This document shows, piece after piece, positions 1-10,607 of a stretch of DNA of 64,000 bases (positions are counted from its first letter, which is position 1; each line of letters opens with the position of its first letter). The notes under the pieces were generated by a model that did no database searches, was not told where the DNA came from, and worked only from the letters and a program-made list of their open reading frames with translations. The translations under genes and the position numbers were made by a program. Source of the DNA: an uncultured delta proteobacterium. GTDB lineage: Bacteria; Myxococcota; Myxococcia; Myxococcales; Anaeromyxobacteraceae. Location of the stretch: assembly GCA_963828255.1 (NCBI GenBank), contig CAWHDZ010000021.1, positions 32,001-96,000 on the forward strand, written 5' to 3'.

Positions 1-732
1 GGCGAGCGCCTCCAGAGATACCTCGAGCGCAGCAACCCAGACGCCGACGGCTCGAGCGGCCTCTCCCCGTGGATCCACTTCGGCCAGGTCTCGACCCACG
101 AGGTCTTCCGGGCCCTGGCTCGGCACGAGTCCTGGAAGCCGGCCCGGCTCGGCCTCGGTCGAGGTGGGAAGCGGGAGGGGTTCTGGGGCATGAGCCCCCA
201 GGCCGAGTCCTTTCTCGACGAGCTGGTGACCTGGCGCGAGGTGGGATTCAACATGCTGGTCCGCCGTCCGGAGGCGGCCCACGACTTCGAGTCGCTGCCC
301 CCCTGGGCCATCCGCACCCTCGACGCCCACGCCGGCGACAGGCGCGACCCGACCTACGACCGGGAGACGCTGGAGCGGGCGGCGACCCACGACGAGGTCT
401 GGAACGCCGCGCAGCGCGAGCTGCTCGTGCGGGGGCGCATCCACAACTACATGCGCATGCTCTGGGGCAAGAAGATCCTCCAGTGGAGCGCCTCGCCGCG
501 GGAGGCGCTCGCGACCATGCTCCACCTGAACGACCGCTGGGCCCTCGACGGGCGGGACCCCGGCTCGGCCTCCGGCATCTTCTGGTGCCTGGGGCGGTAC
601 GACCGGCCCTGGGCGCCGGAGCGCCCTGTCTTCGGGGTGATCCGCTACATGTCGTCGGAGAACACGGTCCGGAAGCTCGAACTCTCGGCCTACCTGCGCC
701 GCTTCGGCCCTAGACGTGGTTCCGGAGCATGA
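1..732 (+). CDS. phr: Deoxyribodipyrimidine photolyase (class II CPD-like), 5'-truncated by the window edge
   Basis: Frame is open from base 1 (SGLSPWIHFGQVS), followed by the FAD-binding motifs WNAAQREL, HNYMRMLWGKK, DGRDP, DRPWAPERPVFGVIRYM. Confidence 0.9.
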   Translation, partial: GERLQRYLERSNPDADGSSGLSPWIHFGQVSTHEVFRALARHESWKPARLGLGRGGKREGFWGMSPQAESFLDELVTWREVGFNMLVRRPEAAHDFESLPPWAIRTLDAHAGDRRDPTYDRETLERAATHDEVWNAAQRELLVRGRIHNYMRMLWGKKILQWSASPREALATMLHLNDRWALDGRDPGSASGIFWCLGRYDRPWAPERPVFGVIRYMSSENTVRKLELSAYLRRFGPRRGSGA

Positions 733-1672
733 GCTCCTTCGGGTGCGGCGCCAGGTGTGTCTGCCCCTGGAGGTAGGCGACGCCGAGCTTGCGGACGTGG
801 TGCCGGAGGAGGGTGAGGGGAACGACGAGCGGCACCAGCTTCTGCCGGTAGTCCCGGATGGCGTCGTGGAGCTCCGCCTTCTCGTCGTCGGGCAATAGAT
901 CTTTGAAGTAGCCGGCCATGTGCTGCATCACGTTCACCTGCTTGCCCGGCGTGGCCGGCTTCGCCATGGTCCGCATGAAGATCTCGCCATAGCGGGCGGC
1001 CACCTCGTCGCGCGTCATCGCCTTCGCCTTCGCGACGATGGGGCCGAGCCTGCGGTAGCCGTCCGGGTCGTGGGCCAGGAGCAGCAGCTTCTCGGCGGTG
1101 TGGTAGGCCACCAGACCTCCCACCGTCCACCGCCCGGTGAAGAAATCCTTCAGCCGGCGGTAGGCGAAGACCCGCTCGACGAAGTTCTCGCGCAGTTCGG
1201 GGTCGTTGAGCCTCCCCTCCTCCTCCACGGGGAGGAGCGGCAGCCGGTCGAGCAGCGCCGCGGCGAAGAGGCCGCGCCCGTTCTTCGTGGGTGCCCCCTT
1301 GGCATAGACCCGGACCCGCTCCATGCCGCAGCTCGGGGAGTCCTTCTTGAGGACGTAGCCGCACAGGTCGAGCTTCTCGATCTCCGACACCTTCCGCGCG
1401 GCCCACCGCTCCATGGCCCCGGTGTGGTCGATGCCGTTCTTCGGGTCGACGAGGCGGGTCGCCTCGCCGTGCCGCTCCAGCCGGATGGTCGGGCGCGGGA
1501 TGCTCATCCCGACCTCGACCTCCGGACAGATCGGGACGAACGCGACGAAGCGTCCCAGCAGCCCGGTGACGAAGTCGTCCTTCTTGTGGCCCCCGTCGTA
1601 GCGGACGTTCTGCCCGAGCAGGCAGGAGGAGACGCCGATGCGAATGGATGCGTTCGTGGCAACGTCGTTCAT
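710..1672 (-). CDS. DUF523 (2-thiouracil desulfurase-like) + DUF1722 protein, YbgA family
   Basis: IGVSSCLLGQNVRYDGGHK, CPEVEVGM, KKDSPSCG, EEEGRLND and C-terminal YLQGQTHLAPHP..LMLRN. Confidence 0.9.
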   Translation of the reverse strand: MNDVATNASIRIGVSSCLLGQNVRYDGGHKKDDFVTGLLGRFVAFVPICPEVEVGMSIPRPTIRLERHGEATRLVDPKNGIDHTGAMERWAARKVSEIEKLDLCGYVLKKDSPSCGMERVRVYAKGAPTKNGRGLFAAALLDRLPLLPVEEEGRLNDPELRENFVERVFAYRRLKDFFTGRWTVGGLVAYHTAEKLLLLAHDPDGYRRLGPIVAKAKAMTRDEVAARYGEIFMRTMAKPATPGKQVNVMQHMAGYFKDLLPDDEKAELHDAIRDYRQKLVPLVVPLTLLRHHVRKLGVAYLQGQTHLAPHPKELMLRNHV

Positions 1673-1687
1673 CGGATCTCCCGGTGT

Positions 1688-3145
1688 TCAGCGCCTGCGC
1701 CCGCTCCCGAACAGGCTGCCCAGCAGGCCGCGCACCAGCTCCCGGCCGATCTGGGTTCCCGCCGACCGCGCCACGCTCTTCGCCATCGACCCGAGCGTGT
1801 CGGCGATCTCGTTCCTCGGCTCGGCGGCCCGCCCGCGCCCGCGGGGCGAGGGATTCTCCGCCACCCGCTCCGTGGCCCGGGCCCGGAGCCGCTCGAAGGC
1901 CGACTCGCGATCCACCGGCTCGTCGTACTTCCCCTTCACCGGCGAACCCCTCATGACCCGCTTCCGCTCGTCCGGAGTCAGCGGCGCGAGGCGCGACCGG
2001 GGCGGCAGCACGAAGGCCCGCTCCACCGGGGTGGGCGTGCCCTTCGGGTCGAGGAGCGACACCAGCGCCTCCCCCACCCCGAGCTCGGTGATCACCGTCG
2101 CGGCGTCCACCCGGGGGTTCTGCCGGAAGGTCTCGGCCGCGGTGCGGACCGCCTTCTGGTCACGGGGAGTGAATGCCCGGAGCGCGTGCTGGAGCCGGTT
2201 GCCGAGCTGCCCCAGGACGGTCTCGGGGACGTCGAGCGGGTTCTGGGTGACGAAGTAGACTCCCACCCCCTTCGACCGGACCAGCCGGACCACCTGCTCC
2301 ACCTTCTCGAGGAGCGCCCGCGGCGCCTCCCGGAAGAGGAGGTGGGCCTCGTCGAAGAAGAAGACCAGCCTGGGCTTCTCGACGTCCCCCACCTCGGGCA
2401 GGTGCTCGTAGAGCTCGGAGAGCAGCCAGAGCAGGAAGGTCGAGTAGAGCCGCGGGGACTGCAGCAGCTTGTCGGCGGCGAGCACGTTCACGAGCCCCTC
2501 GCCCCGCCCGTCCACCTCGAGCAGGTCGCCGAGGTCGAGGGCCGGCTCGCCGAAGAAGCGGTCTGCCCCCTGCTGCTCGAGGGTGAGGATCTGGCGCTGG
2601 ATGGCCCCCACGCTGGCCGGGGAGACGTTGCCGTGGGTCCGCTGCAGTTCCCCGGCACGCTCGGCCACGTGGGCGAGGAGTGCGCGGAGGTCCTTCAGGT
2701 CGAGGAGCAGGAGGCCGTCGTCGTCGGCGATCTTGAAGGCCAGCGAGAGCACGCCCTCCTGGACGTCGTTCAGGTCGAGCATCCGCGAGAGGAGCACCGG
2801 CCCCATCTCGGAGACGGTGGCCCGGAGCGGGTGGCCCTGCTCCCCGAACACGTCCCAGAAGACCACCGGGGTCCCGGCCGGGTCGAGGGTCGCCCCGAGC
2901 CGCTTCACCCGCTCGAGCATCTTCTCGTCCGGCTCGGCGGCCAGCGCCATGCCCGAGAGGTCCCCCTTCACGTCGGCGAGGAAGATCGGGACGCCGATGC
3001 GGGAGAGCCTCTCGGCGAGGACACGCAGCGTGACGGTCTTCCCCGTGCCGGTGGCGCCCGCCACCAGGCCGTGGCGGTTCGCCATCCCGGGCAGGAGCGA
3101 CAGGATCTCTTCCCCCTTGGCGACGGGGAGCGGCGGAGCAGCCAT
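1688..3145 (-). CDS. HerA-like/DUF853 (YjgR family) P-loop ATPase
   Basis: [16 protein letters not shown]alker [33 protein letters not shown]; start placed at ATG 3145. Confidence 0.9.
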   Translation of the reverse strand: MAAPPLPVAKGEEILSLLPGMANRHGLVAGATGTGKTVTLRVLAERLSRIGVPIFLADVKGDLSGMALAAEPDEKMLERVKRLGATLDPAGTPVVFWDVFGEQGHPLRATVSEMGPVLLSRMLDLNDVQEGVLSLAFKIADDDGLLLLDLKDLRALLAHVAERAGELQRTHGNVSPASVGAIQRQILTLEQQGADRFFGEPALDLGDLLEVDGRGEGLVNVLAADKLLQSPRLYSTFLLWLLSELYEHLPEVGDVEKPRLVFFFDEAHLLFREAPRALLEKVEQVVRLVRSKGVGVYFVTQNPLDVPETVLGQLGNRLQHALRAFTPRDQKAVRTAAETFRQNPRVDAATVITELGVGEALVSLLDPKGTPTPVERAFVLPPRSRLAPLTPDERKRVMRGSPVKGKYDEPVDRESAFERLRARATERVAENPSPRGRGRAAEPRNEIADTLGSMAKSVARSAGTQIGRELVRGLLGSLFGSGRRR

Positions 3146-3203
3146 GCGCGGTAGTCCTCCCGCCACCTGGAATAGCACGACGGTGGGCGGCGTGGGACCG
3201 ACC

Positions 3204-5438
3204 CTATCCGCTCCAGCCCGTGCGCACTCCCAGCGCGGAGGCGACCCGCAGGATGTCGGTGAGGACGCCGCCCGCGGTGAGCGCGCCCCCCACCCCCGCC
3301 CCCTGGACGACCAGCGGGGATCCGGAGCGGCGGACCGTGCTGGCCGCCACGTAGGCCTCGACGTCGCGCAGCCGCGCCGCCCGGTGGTCCGGGCCGACCT
3401 CCTCCGGCCCGACGCGGATCCGCCCGGCGTCCACGTCCACGTGGACCAGGTAGCGCAGCACGCGCCCCCGGGAGCGCGCCGCCTGGACCCGATCGGCGAA
3501 GGGGCGGTCAAGCAGCCGCAGCGATTCGACCAGCTCGCCCGGGACCGCCGACCCGAGCGCTCCGGGCGGAAGGAGGGGCTCGAGCGCGACGTCGGCCACG
3601 TCCACCCTCATGCCCAGCTCGCGGGCCAGGATCACCGCCTTGCGCGCCGAGTCGAGACCGGAGAGGTCGTCCCGGGGATCCTCCTCGGTGTAGCCGAGCT
3701 CCCGGGCCCACCGGAGCGCCAGGGAGAGGGGGGTGCCCTTCTCGGCCTCGGCGAGCAGGTAGCCGGCGGTGCCGGAGAGCGAGCCCTCCACCGAGAGCAC
3801 CCGGTCCCCGGTGCGGACCAGGTTCCGGAGCGTTCCCAGGAGCGGGAGGCTCGCGCCCACCGAGGTCTCGTAGTGGAAGTGGACGTGGGCCTGGCGCCGC
3901 GCCGCCGAGAGCCGGTCCCGCTCGGCGGTGCGGGTCGCCAGCGGCAGCTTGTTGGCGCCGACCACGTGGATCCCTCGCCGGAAGGCCTCCTCGTACACCG
4001 GTACCAGCCCGGCGTCGGCGGTCAGGTCCACCAGCACCGCGCCAGGGAGCCGGGCCAGCCGGTCGAGGACGGCGGCGGCCTCCGGCATCCGGAAGGGTCC
4101 GACGGGCGGCGCCTCGGCGACCGTCTCCCTCCAGCGCGAGAGGTCGAGCCCGTTCTCGTCGAAGGCCAGCCCGCGCCGGTCTCCCACCCCCACGACCTTG
4201 AGCGCGATGTCGTAGTCGGAGGCGAGCGCCCCGGCCTGCTCGCGCACCTGGTCGAGGAGCGGCGCCCCCACCTTCCCCTTGCCCAGCACGAGCAGCGAGA
4301 CCCCCTGCCCCCCGGAGGCGCGCCGGGCCGCCGGGCGGGGCGCGACCCGCCCCTCCACGCGGTCCCGGAAGTCGGCCACCAGCGCGGAGAGCTCGTCGAC
4401 GTGGATGAGGAAGGCGTCGTGCCCGTGCGGAGAATCGAGCCGCTCCAGGCGCGCCGCAGGCATGTGGCGCGCCATCACCCGCTGCTCCTCCGGGACGTAG
4501 AGGACGTCGGTGTCCACGGTCACGACCATGGCCGGCTGCCGGACGCTCCGGAGCACGGTCTCGAACTCTCCCCTGCCCCGGGCCACGTCGTGGGTGTCCA
4601 TGGCGCGGGTGAGCGCGTGGTAGGTGGCGGCGTCGAAGCGATCGACGAGCTGCTGCCCCTGGTAGCGAAGGTAGCTCTCCATGGCGAAGAGGTCGGGCGC
4701 CTGGGGGCGCCGGCCGTAGCGCTCCTCGAAGCTCTCCCATCCACGGTAGGTGCACATGGCCATCATGCGGGCCGCGGCAAGCCCCGCCGCGGGCGGGTCG
4801 GCCGGGTCGTAGCGCCCGCCCGCCCAGCGCGGGTCGGCGGCGATGGCCTGGCGCTGCGCCTCCGAGAGGCCGATGGCCCAGGCCGAGTGGCGCGCCGAGC
4901 TGGCGATGGGGACGATGGACTGGACCATCTCCGGAAAGAGCAGCGCCCACTCGAGCACCTGCATGCCGCCCAGCGACCCACCGATGGCGGACCGGATGCG
5001 CCGGACCCCGAGGGCCCGGCAGAGCTCCCCCTGCACCCGGACCATGTCACGCACGGTGATGGCCGGAAAGGAACCGAGGTAGGGGCGTCCGGTGGCCGGG
5101 TCGGTGGAGGAGGGCCCGGTCGTGCCGTAGCAGCTCCCCAGGATGTTGGCGCAGAGGACGAAATCGCGTTCCGGGTCGAGGGCGCGCCCCGGACCGAACA
5201 TCTTGGACCACCAGCGGTCGGCGTCGGCCGATCCGGTGAAGGCGTGGCAGACCACCACCGCGTTGTCGCCGGCGGGGGAGAGGCGCCCCCAGGTCCGGTA
5301 GGAAACTTGAAGTTGCTCGAGCCGGGTGCCCGACTCGAGGAGGAACGGCCCGGACGGGACGTACCAGCGCGTCTCCGGTGCGATGAAGGACGCCCGCGCG
5401 GGGGCCAGGGGATCGGGGGGCTTGTCGGCGAAGGGCAT
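3204..5438 (-). CDS. metX: Homoserine O-acetyltransferase fused to a C-terminal homoserine dehydrogenase domain
   Basis: MetX motifs [24 protein letters not shown], then HSDH motifs [41 protein letters not shown]. Confidence 0.88.
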   Translation of the reverse strand: MPFADKPPDPLAPARASFIAPETRWYVPSGPFLLESGTRLEQLQVSYRTWGRLSPAGDNAVVVCHAFTGSADADRWWSKMFGPGRALDPERDFVLCANILGSCYGTTGPSSTDPATGRPYLGSFPAITVRDMVRVQGELCRALGVRRIRSAIGGSLGGMQVLEWALLFPEMVQSIVPIASSARHSAWAIGLSEAQRQAIAADPRWAGGRYDPADPPAAGLAAARMMAMCTYRGWESFEERYGRRPQAPDLFAMESYLRYQGQQLVDRFDAATYHALTRAMDTHDVARGRGEFETVLRSVRQPAMVVTVDTDVLYVPEEQRVMARHMPAARLERLDSPHGHDAFLIHVDELSALVADFRDRVEGRVAPRPAARRASGGQGVSLLVLGKGKVGAPLLDQVREQAGALASDYDIALKVVGVGDRRGLAFDENGLDLSRWRETVAEAPPVGPFRMPEAAAVLDRLARLPGAVLVDLTADAGLVPVYEEAFRRGIHVVGANKLPLATRTAERDRLSAARRQAHVHFHYETSVGASLPLLGTLRNLVRTGDRVLSVEGSLSGTAGYLLAEAEKGTPLSLALRWARELGYTEEDPRDDLSGLDSARKAVILARELGMRVDVADVALEPLLPPGALGSAVPGELVESLRLLDRPFADRVQAARSRGRVLRYLVHVDVDAGRIRVGPEEVGPDHRAARLRDVEAYVAASTVRRSGSPLVVQGAGVGGALTAGGVLTDILRVASALGVRTGWSG

Positions 5439-5514
5439 GGCCGCGGCGCGGGGACGGGAGGCGGAATCTAGAGGGAGTGAACCGTCCCAGTCAAGATAGC
5501 GGAGGAGCCTCCGT

Positions 5515-6065
5515 TCACGTGGAGGGAGGGCGGCGGCGCCGCTTCCCCCGTGCCGGCAGGCCGAACCGCTCCTGCAGGAAGTCGGCGAGCCCGCCCACGT
5601 CCCCGGCGGCGAAGGTCGGGATGGGGCGGGGGGCGGCTCGTCGGTGACCACCGCGATGAAGCGCCTGGACCGGGCGCAGGCGAACTCCCGGCTCACCGCC
5701 CGTCGGTGCACCTCCACCCGTGGCAGCCGCTCCTCCTTCCAGCCCTCGACGAGCACCAGGTCCACCGGGGGGAGCAGCCGGGCCAGCGCCCTCGCGCCGC
5801 CCCGCCGGGGCGCGCCGAAGACGGCCAGCTGGGCCGGCCCCTGGACCGCCACGCCCAGGGCTCCGGCGCGGAGCAGGAGGTCGCTGTCCTTGCCCGGGAC
5901 GTCGAATCCGTGCGGGTGGCCGGAGTGCTTGATGGCGGCCACCCGGAGACCGCGCCCGGATAGCTCGCGCAGGAGCGCCACCAGGATCGTGGTCTTGCCG
6001 GCGCCGCTCGGCCCGGAGAAGGCCACGAGCGGGGGGGCGCCGCGGCGCACCGGGGCGCCTTTCAC
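5515..6065 (-). CDS. mobB: Molybdopterin-guanine dinucleotide biosynthesis protein B; apparent 1-nt frameshift at G-run ~5623-5633
   Basis: FSGPSGAGKTT, IKHSGH, DVPGKDS, LVLVEGWK in one frame; typical C-terminus PTFAAGDVGGLADFL in another frame; GTGA overlap with the moeA stop. Confidence 0.8.
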
Positions 6066-7222
6066 TCTCCGAGGAACCAGGTCTCCACCCGCTCTCCCTC
6101 GGGGACGTCTCCCTCGCCCTCCCCGATGCGCAGGAGCGCCTGGGCCAGCGCCGGCCCCCGGATCTGCGCGGCGTCCCTCCCGACCGGCCGCACCCTGCCG
6201 TCGGGATCGATGGAGGCCCAGAGGAAGCGGGCACGCCCCGGGCGCCCCTGGCAGCCCTCGGCGAGCGGCAGCCAGGCCCGGGCCCGCTCGACGCGAGCCG
6301 CCCCGGCCAGCCGGAGGAGCGCGGGGCGGGCGAAGACCTCGAAGGCGACCAGGCAGGCCGACGGGCTCCCCGGGAGGCCGAGCACCGGCTTGCCCCCGAG
6401 GAGCGCGAAGAGGAATGGCTTGCCGGGCTTCATGGGCACGCCGTGGAGGAGGATCTCCGCGCCCAGCGCGCCGAGCGCCCCGGCCACCAGGTCCCTCTCC
6501 CCCACCGAGACGCCTCCGATGGTGACGAGCGCGTCGGCCCATTCGATCGCGCCGGCCAGCGCCTCGCGCAGCGCCGCGGCCTCGTCCCCCACCGCCGACC
6601 GCCGGACCTCGAACCCGCACTCCGCGAGAAGTCCCGAAAGCGCCGCGCCGTTCGAGTCGGGGGTCCGCTCCCGCACCACCTCGTCGCCGGTGGAGAGCAA
6701 GGCGACGCGCACGCGCCGGTGCACCGAAACCTCGGTGCATCCCACCGCCTCGAGCAGGGCCGCCTGGCGCGGACCGACCCGGGCGCCCTGCGGCAGCGCC
6801 TCCCCGCCGGCGAGGACGTCCTCCCCCGCGTGGCGGACGTTCTCTCCGTCGCGGACCTCGTGGCGGACGAGGACCCGGTCACCGCGCGGCTCGGTGGACT
6901 CCTCCCGCACCACCGCGTCGGCTCCCTCCGGAAGGGGGGCCCCGGTGAAGATCCGGGCGGCGTCGCCGGGGCCGAGGGGCGCGCCGGGCCGGTCCCCGGC
7001 GTAGAGCACCTCCCTCACCCGGAGCTCGACCGGGCCCGGGACATCGGCATGACGCACCGCGTAGCCGTCCATCGCCGAGCAGGCGAAGGGGGGGGCGGCC
7101 CGCCGGGCCAGGGCCGGGGCGGAGAGGTAGCGGCCACCGGCTTCGCGGACGGGCGAGCGTCCGGTTCCGATCGGTTCGATCGCTTCGAGCACCTTCGATC
7201 GATGTGATTCGAGACGGTCCAC
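6062..7222 (-). CDS. moeA: Molybdopterin molybdotransferase
   Basis: SAMDGYAV, RIFTGAPLPEGADAVV, LSTGDEV, GGVSVG, MKPGKP, GLPGSP; start codon approximate (GTG). Confidence 0.9.
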   Translation of the reverse strand: MDRLESHRSKVLEAIEPIGTGRSPVREAGGRYLSAPALARRAAPPFACSAMDGYAVRHADVPGPVELRVREVLYAGDRPGAPLGPGDAARIFTGAPLPEGADAVVREESTEPRGDRVLVRHEVRDGENVRHAGEDVLAGGEALPQGARVGPRQAALLEAVGCTEVSVHRRVRVALLSTGDEVVRERTPDSNGAALSGLLAECGFEVRRSAVGDEAAALREALAGAIEWADALVTIGGVSVGERDLVAGALGALGAEILLHGVPMKPGKPFLFALLGGKPVLGLPGSPSACLVAFEVFARPALLRLAGAARVERARAWLPLAEGCQGRPGRARFLWASIDPDGRVRPVGRDAAQIRGPALAQALLRIGEGEGDVPEGERVETWFLGE

Positions 7223-7266
7223 GGGTGGATGATGCCATTCCCGCGCGGTCGCTGTCCGGCGATTTC

Positions 7267-7320
7267 CGCAACACTTGCGTCCGCCTGGACTTGATCCGGG
7301 GCAATGCGCACGTTCTGCGG
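7267..7320. promoter_or_regulatory. Paired CGCA-N5-TGCG palindromes (candidate sigma54-activator enhancer sites) with an FNR-like box between them
   Basis: CGCAACACTTGCG 7267-7279, GCGCACGTTCTGCGG 7306-7320, TTGATCCGGGGCAA 7291-7304. Confidence 0.6.
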
Positions 7321-7339
7321 CAAAATGCCCGAAAAACCC

Positions 7340-7355
7340 GGGCCTGGCCCATGCA
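7340..7355 (+). promoter_or_regulatory. Putative sigma54 -24/-12 promoter for the Crp/Fnr gene
   Basis: GGGCCTGGCCCATGCA has GG-N10-GC spacing; GGAGG RBS at 7376-7380 and ATG at 7386 follow. Confidence 0.5.
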
Positions 7356-7385
7356 TCTAGACTTCGGTCAAGCACGGAGGTGCCC

Positions 7386-8042
7386 ATGATCTCGACAGCG
7401 CCCGTCACCGACTGTAACGCCTGCACCCTCGGAATCGCATCCGCGGGGCGCTGCCGGTTCACTCCCTCCACCCGGGAGGCGGGGGCGAGCCTCTGCGCCC
7501 AGGGGGAGCGTCCGCGCACCGTCTACTTCATCAAGGAGGGGTTCGTCGCGCTCTCCGCGGTGAGCCCCAAGGGCTCGGAACTCGTGCTTAGCCTGCGCGG
7601 CCCCACCTCGCTCCTCTGCAGCGAGGCCATGACCAACGAGCCCTCGGCCTACGAGGTTCGCGCCCTTTCGCGCGTCAAGCTCTGCGGCATCGCCGGCGAC
7701 GCCATGAGCCAGTGGGTGGGACCGGAGCGCAGCCCGGCCCGCGTGGTTCTCGACCTCGTGCTCGCCGAGTCGCGCATGCAGCGGGACGAGGTGAACTTCC
7801 GCCAGGGCGACTGCATGTCGCGGGTGGCCCGCTTCGCGCTGGCCCACGCCAAGTTCCTCGCCGACCGGCCCAACGCCGTGCGCAAGCAGGTGGTGGCCCG
7901 GCTCCTGGGCATGCGTCCCGAGACCCTCTCCCGCTGCCTGACCCGGCTGGAGCAGGACGGCGTCCTCGACGCGTCACGCGGGGTGAAGGTCCTCGACCAG
8001 CGCCGCCTGGCCGCCATCGCCATGGAGGACGTGGCCGCCTGA
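7386..8042 (+). CDS. Crp/Fnr family transcriptional regulator with N-terminal Cys cluster
   Basis: CNAC-x9-C N-terminus, cNMP-binding-like core (VYFIKEGFV), HTH LLGMRPETLSR. Confidence 0.85.
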   Translation: MISTAPVTDCNACTLGIASAGRCRFTPSTREAGASLCAQGERPRTVYFIKEGFVALSAVSPKGSELVLSLRGPTSLLCSEAMTNEPSAYEVRALSRVKLCGIAGDAMSQWVGPERSPARVVLDLVLAESRMQRDEVNFRQGDCMSRVARFALAHAKFLADRPNAVRKQVVARLLGMRPETLSRCLTRLEQDGVLDASRGVKVLDQRRLAAIAMEDVAA

Positions 8043-8060
8043 TCGCGGTATGATCCCCCC

Positions 8061-8249
8061 ATGTTCGGACTGGGCGTCGGCGAGCTCCTGCTCATCGCAG
8101 TGGTGCTGCTCCTCCTCTTCGGGTCGAGCAAGCTCCCCCAGCTCGGCCAGGGGCTCGGCGAGAGCCTGAAGAGCTTCCGGAAGGCCTTCAAGGAAGTGAA
8201 GGGCGAGGGCGACGGCGACTCCGGCAAGCCCCCTGCCCCGCCGGCATAG
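8061..8249 (+). CDS. tatA: Twin-arginine translocase subunit TatA/E
   Basis: ELLLIAVVLLLLFGSSKLPQLGQGLGESLKSFRKA. Confidence 0.92.
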   Translation: MFGLGVGELLLIAVVLLLLFGSSKLPQLGQGLGESLKSFRKAFKEVKGEGDGDSGKPPAPPA

Positions 8250-8264
8250 CCGGGATAGTCCCCT

Positions 8265-9368
8265 TCAGCGCCCGGAGAGCAGCCGCGCCACCTTCTCGGT
8301 GAGGCGGGCCACCGCGGATCCGATGGCGTCGAGGATCCTCCCCCCGAATCCCCTCCGCGCCGCCTCCTCCGGCAAAACCTGCCGCGCCAGCGCGGCCCGC
8401 TCCTCGAACCAGCGACGCGCCGCGCTCCCGGTCTCCCCGTCGTCGATCTCCACCAGGGACTCGAGGTTGGCGAGCGAGAAGGGGTCGAGGTTGAAGCTCC
8501 CCACCAGCACCTTCTCGCCGTCCACCACCCCGACCTTCGCGTGGTGGACGGACCGGGTCCACTCCCGGATCTCCACCCCCGCCGCGATCAGGTTCCGGTA
8601 GAGCCGGGTGGTGGCCGCCCGGACCAGCGGGACGTCGCTCCGCCCGGCCAGCAGCAGGGTCACCTTCACTCCCCGTCGGGCGGCGGAGGTGATGGAACGG
8701 ATGAACCTCCGGTCGGGCAGGAAGTAGGAGTGGGCGGCCAGGATCTCGGAGCGTGCCTCGACGAAGGAGCGCAGGTAGACCTTGCGCAGCCGCCGGCCGC
8801 CTCCGACCCCCGAGAGGTGGATCTGCACCCGACCGGGCGCCCGCGCCGGCCGCTCCCCGCGCAGCCGGGCCTCGAGCCAGGCAGCCGGCGTGCCGCGGAG
8901 CTCGACCGCGAGGTCCATCCACTCCGGCTCGTCGGCCGAGTCCGGGGCGCGCCCGGGGCCGACCTGGCCGAACTCGTCGGCGATGTTGATCCCCCCGAGG
9001 AACGCCACCGCTCCGTCCACGACCAGGATCTTCCGGTGGTTCCGCCGGAAGCGGCCGGTGAGGAGCGCGAGGAGCGGGTGGTAGATCTTCACCTCGGCAC
9101 CGTCGGGCTCGAGCATCGACTGCAGCCACCGGCCGTCGAGGGCGGAGCCCCACCCGTCGAGGATGACGCGGACCCGGACTCCCCGCAGTGCAGCCTGCGA
9201 GAGCGCCTCCCGGAAGGTATCCCCGACTCCGTCCCTGGCCAGGTAGTACATCTCCAGATGCACCGACTGGCGCGCTTCCCGGATGGCGCCGAGCATCCTG
9301 GGGAAGGCCTCGCTTCCCCCGGCGAGGAGCGTGATGGTGTCGCCAGGGGGGGCGGCGGCGGGGGCCAT
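8265..9368 (-). CDS. Cardiolipin synthase-like phospholipase D (ClsB type)
   Basis: Two HKD motifs ([19 protein letters not shown]), [14 protein letters not shown]. Confidence 0.88.
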   Translation of the reverse strand: MAPAAAPPGDTITLLAGGSEAFPRMLGAIREARQSVHLEMYYLARDGVGDTFREALSQAALRGVRVRVILDGWGSALDGRWLQSMLEPDGAEVKIYHPLLALLTGRFRRNHRKILVVDGAVAFLGGINIADEFGQVGPGRAPDSADEPEWMDLAVELRGTPAAWLEARLRGERPARAPGRVQIHLSGVGGGRRLRKVYLRSFVEARSEILAAHSYFLPDRRFIRSITSAARRGVKVTLLLAGRSDVPLVRAATTRLYRNLIAAGVEIREWTRSVHHAKVGVVDGEKVLVGSFNLDPFSLANLESLVEIDDGETGSAARRWFEERAALARQVLPEEAARRGFGGRILDAIGSAVARLTEKVARLLSGR

Positions 9369-9464
9369 GTCCCGAGGGTACCGCGTCCGGACGCTGGAGC
9401 GGCGTCCCGCCCAGGGTGCTCCACGTTGATTCGCGGAGCGCGCGGGCCTAGATTCCGTGCGCGC

Positions 9465-10604
9465 ATGGCGGAGTCCCTCCTCGAGGAGTTGAAGCGCTAC
9501 GTGGGCTTCGGGCCCGACGACGGGGCGGCCCTGCGCGAGCTCCGGGTCCTCGCGGCGCCGGATTTCCCGGCCATCGCCGTGGCCTTCTACGATCGGATCC
9601 TGGCCCACGAGGGGGCGCGCCTGGCGCTGGTCGGTGGGGAGAGCCAGGTCGGCCACCTGCGGACCACGCTGGTCCGGTGGATGGAGGAGGCCATCGGCGG
9701 CCCCTGGGACGAGAGCTGGTGGGAGGCCCACTGCCGCATCGGGCGCGTCCACGTCCGCATCGACCTCCCCCAGCACTACATGTTCGGGGCGATGAACGTG
9801 GTCCGGGAGGAGCTCTCCCTCCGGATCGACCGGCTCTTGCCCGGGGTCCCGGCGCGCCAGGAGCGGACCCGTGCCGCGCTCGGGAAGGTGCTCGACCTCG
9901 AGCTCGCCATCATGCTCCACACCTACCGGGAGGACCTGCTCTCCCGGGCCACCCGGTCGGAGCGGCTCGCCACCTTCGGGCAGCTGGTCGGCTCGATCGG
10001 CCACGAGCTGCGCAATCCACTGGGCGTGATCGAGAGCTCGCTCTTCCTCCTGCGCGGCCGGACCGGGGACGACGACCGGGTGAAGAAGCACCTCGACCGG
10101 ATCGGCGAGCAGGTCCAGCTCTCCAACCGGATCATCACCGGCCTCCTCGACATGGTCCGCGACCGCCCCCTTCCCCGCGAGACCATCCAGGTGACGGCGC
10201 TCCTCGAGCGGGCGGGGCACGCCGTCGCGCGCCCCCCCGGCGTCTCGCTGGTCCTGGACGCGCCCGTGGGGCTCGCCGTCCAGGGCGACCCCGTCCAGCT
10301 CGGACAGGCGCTCGTGAACCTCCTCACCAACGCGGTCCAGGCGGTGGGCGCCGGGGGCGCCATCCGGCTCGCGGCCCGCGCCGAGGGGGGCGCGGTGGCC
10401 CTCGACGTGGAGGACGACGGGCCGGGGGTGGCGGAGGCGGTCCGGGGGCGGATCTTCGAGCCGCTCATCACCACCAAGGAGCACGGCAACGGGCTGGGGC
10501 TGGCGCTGGTGAAGCGCGTCGCCGAGCGGCACGGCGGCTCCGTCGCCCACGAGCCCCGCCCCGGCGGCGGGACCCGGTTCACCCTGCGCATCCCGGCGGC
10601 CTGA
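9465..10604 (+). CDS. Globin-coupled (protoglobin) sensor histidine kinase, NmpU-like
   Basis: Globin sensor N-terminus (FYDRIL...[20 protein letters not shown]), H-box GHELRNPLG, HATPase NLLTNA/DDGPG/GLGLA; no TM helix apparent. Confidence 0.88.
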   Translation: MAESLLEELKRYVGFGPDDGAALRELRVLAAPDFPAIAVAFYDRILAHEGARLALVGGESQVGHLRTTLVRWMEEAIGGPWDESWWEAHCRIGRVHVRIDLPQHYMFGAMNVVREELSLRIDRLLPGVPARQERTRAALGKVLDLELAIMLHTYREDLLSRATRSERLATFGQLVGSIGHELRNPLGVIESSLFLLRGRTGDDDRVKKHLDRIGEQVQLSNRIITGLLDMVRDRPLPRETIQVTALLERAGHAVARPPGVSLVLDAPVGLAVQGDPVQLGQALVNLLTNAVQAVGAGGAIRLAARAEGGAVALDVEDDGPGVAEAVRGRIFEPLITTKEHGNGLGLALVKRVAERHGGSVAHEPRPGGGTRFTLRIPAA

Positions 10605-10607
10605 CCC

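Noticed and set aside
920..5471. Very long alternative-frame ORFs here and elsewhere (e.g. 2469-5471, 46810-50151, 54133-56322)
   Set aside because: Antisense or off-frame shadows of real genes, expected at this GC content; Arg/Pro/Gly-rich with no domain motifs.
5439..5514. SAM riboswitch upstream of metX
   Set aside because: Only ~75 nt are available and no SAM-I/II core motifs are recognisable.
3204..6740. 1178-aa ORF as a real MobB-MetX-Hom triple fusion
   Set aside because: Explained by a single homopolymer frameshift in mobB plus shadow sequence over moeA.
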